A stretch of DNA of 1,496 bases from Naegleria gruberi (taxonomy: Eukaryota): the NCBI GenBank assembly GCA_000004985.1, contig GG739402.1; one strand, 5' to 3'. Shown here piece by piece: positions 1 to 1,496 of this stretch (the first letter of the stretch is position 1; every line of letters starts with the position of its first letter). The translations under genes were made by a program, and so were the position numbers. Under the pieces are notes generated by a model. That model made no database searches. It saw nothing but the letters and a program-made list of their open reading frames with translations, and was not told the origin of the DNA.

Positions 1-88
1 ACTTCTATTTTAATTTTCCAAAGTAGGTTTTGTAACAATACTAAATTGATTTGATATTAACAGAGTTGAAACACCTTTTACAATAATA

Positions 89-101
89 TTTACAATTGTT
101 A
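89..101. repeat. 13-bp exact direct repeat TTTACAATTGTTA, copy 1. It contains the palindromic CAATTG core.
   Basis: Identical 13-mers at 89-101 and 179-191. A third partial copy, CTTTTACAAT, lies at 75-84 and matches 177-186. Confidence 0.5.
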
Positions 102-178
102 AGAAGTGATATTTTATCATTTATTTTCATGTATGATGATTTTTGTTTTGGATAAAGAAAAGAATGATTTGCCTTACT

Positions 179-191
179 TTTACAATTGTTA
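179..191. repeat. 13-bp exact direct repeat TTTACAATTGTTA, copy 2.
   Basis: Exact match to 89-101 at a spacing of 90 bp. Confidence 0.5.
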
Positions 192-222
192 CTATCTTTC
201 AATGTTAATGCAACCGAATTGT

Positions 223-240
223 GAACCTTACGAACCGTAC
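223..240. repeat. Tandem 9-mer pair, GAACCTTAC then GAACCGTAC, with one mismatch.
   Basis: Read directly: the units are 223-231 and 232-240. Confidence 0.7.
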
Positions 241-500
241 TTTCTCACATTTTACCTTCCGTCTTGAGGTGTCTTCTGATTTAATTAGGCAATAAATAAT
301 TCACACCTACAAGATTGACTGGAGTTGGGCAGCAAGCAGATATTAAGACATTACAATTTCCATGGCTTCAATTCAAAACGACAGGTCATCAATTTATCTT
401 AAACTTACATTGATCAAGTTGTCATCAAAATTTAACAAGAATTCTTAATTATTTGAATGACAGATCCGATTTGAATCCTTGGTTTGCTACATGAATAACT

Positions 501-506
501 CACGTG
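501..506. promoter_or_regulatory. CACGTG palindrome. This is the core of the plant G-box/ABRE bound by bZIP and bHLH factors, and an E-box in general.
   Basis: Exact hexamer. It overlaps the 5' arm of the adjacent hairpin at 504-526. A single 6-mer carries little weight on its own. Confidence 0.2.
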
Positions 507-526
507 CTTGTTGAAAGAACATGCAC
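504..526. other. Small imperfect hairpin, GTGCTTGTT / loop GAAAG / AACATGCAC.
   Basis: Of the 9 stem positions, 8 are Watson-Crick pairs and one is a T:T mismatch (508/522). The loop is 5 nt. Confidence 0.3.
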
Positions 527-660
527 TGAACTCAAAAATTAGATTTTATTAAAAATACCAAAATAAAACCTTCACACAAATAATTCATTCATTCTCAATA
601 TACTAATTCTTACTTTATGCTTTGAGTATGTAGCTCAGAGGGAGAGCAAGGAGGTTCTTG

Positions 661-699
661 CAGTGTGTCTAAAAAAAAAGATCATGTCTAGATACACAG
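661..699. other. Hairpin with stem CAGTGTGTCT (661-670) pairing with AGATACACAG (690-699), and a 19-nt loop that contains the A9 run.
   Basis: Of the 10 stem positions, 9 pair (including one G:U at 667/693). The single mismatch is A:A at 662/698. Confidence 0.3.
671..679. repeat. A9 homopolymer.
   Basis: Read directly. Confidence 0.9.
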
Positions 700-705
700 T
701 ATCCT

Positions 706-727
706 GGTCGTCAGATCGAAACTGACC
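706..727. other. Short hairpin with stem GTCAG (710-714) pairing with CTGAC (722-726) and loop ATCGAAA. An alternative register pairs GGTC (706-709) with GACC (724-727).
   Basis: The 5-bp reverse-complementary arms and 7-nt loop are read directly. Confidence 0.25.
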
Positions 728-821
728 GTATTCTCATAACTTTTATTCACCTGTTTGTGTACACCGCGTTTCATTTAACTTTTTGTAAACTACTTGTAAA
801 GCGCGTGGGTAGCTAGTGGAA

Positions 822-995
822 ATGATCAAAATCCCTCTGTTTCAAGCATTTTACAAAATAGAAAAAGATATCGAACATTCAAAAGAAGAGATAATATCCT
901 ATATTGCTTGCACTAATAAGGTAATTTGCAACCAGTGGATTGCAATAGAGAATGAGCTGATTGATTGTTTGTGGCCATGGTGTCCCAATCCATAA
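822..995 (+). CDS. Longest ORF in the window, 57 codons (MIKIPLFQAFYKIEKDIEHSKEEIISYIACTNKVICNQWIAIENELIDCLWPWCPNP*). Probably spurious. If real, it is either a small peptide or a first coding exon that ends at the donor-like site at 920/921.
   Basis: Translated by hand. There is an in-frame stop at 810-812, an ATG at 822 with A at -3 (gaaATGa), and a stop at 993-995. I recognise no protein family in it. The length is within chance expectation for AT-rich DNA. Confidence 0.1.
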   Translation: MIKIPLFQAFYKIEKDIEHSKEEIISYIACTNKVICNQWIAIENELIDCLWPWCPNP

Positions 996-1056
996 TATCC
1001 CATCAATAAAGAAATAGAAACTAATTTGAACAAATGTGCAACAATTGTCAAATATT

Positions 1057-1066
1057 TGTTACTATC
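1057..1066. repeat. TGTTACTATC, an exact 10-bp copy of 187-196. Each copy sits near an ACAATTGT motif (183-190 and 1041-1048).
   Basis: Exact 10-mer match. The second locus looks like the first with 9 extra bp (CAAATATTT) between ACAATTGT and TTACTATC. Confidence 0.4.
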
Positions 1067-1287
1067 AGTATTCGTTGATCTTCTCTACCAAAACAAAGTA
1101 GTTTGGGCTCAAAACAAAGAAAGCACTTTATTTCATTTGTTAAAATTTTGGGATACTCATACAATAAATTCCAAAATATAATATGAAACTTGTTCACAAA
1201 AGTAAAAGAAATATGGAACATCACAGACAGTGAGCAACAAACGTATCCAAAAACACAATACTATATTAGTTACATGATCGATATATT

Positions 1288-1299
1288 ATTATACTAGTA
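1288..1299. repeat. 12-bp direct repeat ATTATACTAGTA, copy 1. It contains the ACTAGT palindrome.
   Basis: Exact match to 1401-1412. Both copies lie in a very AT-rich block dense with palindromes (1261-1420). Confidence 0.45.
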
Positions 1300-1301
1300 A
1301 C

Positions 1302-1308
1302 TATATAA
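1302..1308 (+). promoter_or_regulatory. TATATAA, a TATA-box-like heptamer.
   Basis: Exact heptamer. It sits in AT-rich sequence where such matches are common, and no convincing downstream gene lies within the window. Confidence 0.12.
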
Positions 1309-1323
1309 CGAGATACCGATGCA

Positions 1324-1335
1324 CTAACTAACTAA
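1324..1335. repeat. (CTAA)3 microsatellite.
   Basis: Read directly as CTAACTAACTAA. Confidence 0.85.
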
Positions 1336-1400
1336 AATATAGTTATACAAAAATACACAAGATCTAGTAAAAAATATTCTTTTTGCAAGAAACATAAATA

Positions 1401-1412
1401 ATTATACTAGTA
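1401..1412. repeat. 12-bp direct repeat ATTATACTAGTA, copy 2.
   Basis: Exact match to 1288-1299. Confidence 0.45.
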
Positions 1413-1496
1413 TATTATAACATTAGATGAGTTCCAACTTTTGTATCATTACTTATCACATTGTTAAAGATTTATGGGTCAAATACATTTGGATTG

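Larger units (their letters stand above)
631..810. other. Segment that is GC- and CpG-richer than the rest of the window. It contains a GA-rich tract (637-654), an A9 run, hairpins and seven CpGs. It could be a short non-coding exon, a transposable-element relic or a regulatory island.
   Basis: The composition shift is visible by eye. CpGs lie at 709, 717, 727, 765, 767, 802 and 804. The flanks are strongly AT-rich and CpG-poor. Confidence 0.25.

Noticed and set aside
129-279. C/D box snoRNA: a C-box-like ATGATGA at 133-139 and a D-box CTGA at 276-279.
   Set aside because: The boxes are about 140 nt apart and have no complementary terminal stem (CATGT against TTTAA). RTGATGA and CTGA are frequent in AT-rich DNA.
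362-448. Plus-strand 28-codon ORF (MASIQNDRSSIYLKLTLIKLSSKFNKNS*).
   Set aside because: It is too short, shows no supporting signals, and falls within the chance distribution for this composition.
458-478. TGACAGATCCGATTTGAATCC as a miR156/157-like sequence (TGACAGAAGAGAGTGAGCAC).
   Set aside because: Only the TGACAGA seed matches and the rest diverges completely.
632-654. AGCTCAGAGGGAGAGCAAGG partly resembles miR390 (AAGCTCAGGAGGGATAGCGCC).
   Set aside because: It would need a gap plus several mismatches. I found no complementary star arm within 200 nt. An 8-bp complement, CCCTCTG, does sit 190 nt away at 834-840, but that is at chance level.
631-700. Full tRNA gene starting at the TAGCTCAG D-arm-like motif.
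   Set aside because: I could not form an anticodon stem, because AGGAG (648-652) and CAGTG (661-665) are not complementary. There is no GTTCGANTCC T-arm at the right distance, and no acceptor-stem complement.
1001-1087. Minus-strand ORF with an ATG at 1003-1001 (about 34 codons, MGYYGLGHHGHKQSISSFSIAIHWLQITLLVQAI*), with open frame upstream to 1084.
   Set aside because: It is short, has no ATG in the upstream open stretch, and I recognise no motif. The length is consistent with chance.
1487-1496. The window ends with TTTGGATTG, identical to the first 9 nt of mature miR159 (TTTGGATTGAAGGGAGCTCTA).
   Set aside because: Only 9 nt are visible before the window ends. The upstream 200 nt show no complementary miR159*-like arm and no resemblance to MIR159 precursors as I recall them. 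This is best explained by chance.
1-1496. Prokaryotic defence or biosynthetic island, CRISPR array or phage element.
   Set aside because: No frame is open beyond 57 codons. There are no repeat-spacer periodicity, no RBS-ORF architecture and no long terminal repeats. The sequence character is eukaryotic non-coding.

Overview
The window is AT-rich (roughly one third GC by eye) and has stop codons densely in all six frames. The longest open frame I found is 57 codons, on the plus strand at 822-995. Minus-strand frames I checked give at most about 30-35 codons. This profile does not fit a coding-dense prokaryotic or phage locus. It fits eukaryotic, probably plant, non-coding DNA: intergenic or promoter sequence, intron, UTR or a degraded repeat. 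I see no convincing protein-coding gene, rRNA, tRNA, CRISPR array or intact mobile element, and nothing that looks like a multi-gene system. What the sequence does show is a set of short exact direct repeats, small hairpins and regulatory-type motifs (a CACGTG G-box and a TATATAA). A 170-bp segment at 631-810 is relatively GC- and CpG-enriched and carries a GA-rich tract, an A9 run and a 10-bp-stem hairpin. There is also a weak candidate first-exon structure: an ATG at 822 followed by an AAG|GTAATT donor-like site at 920/921. All biological interpretations below are low confidence and unverified.
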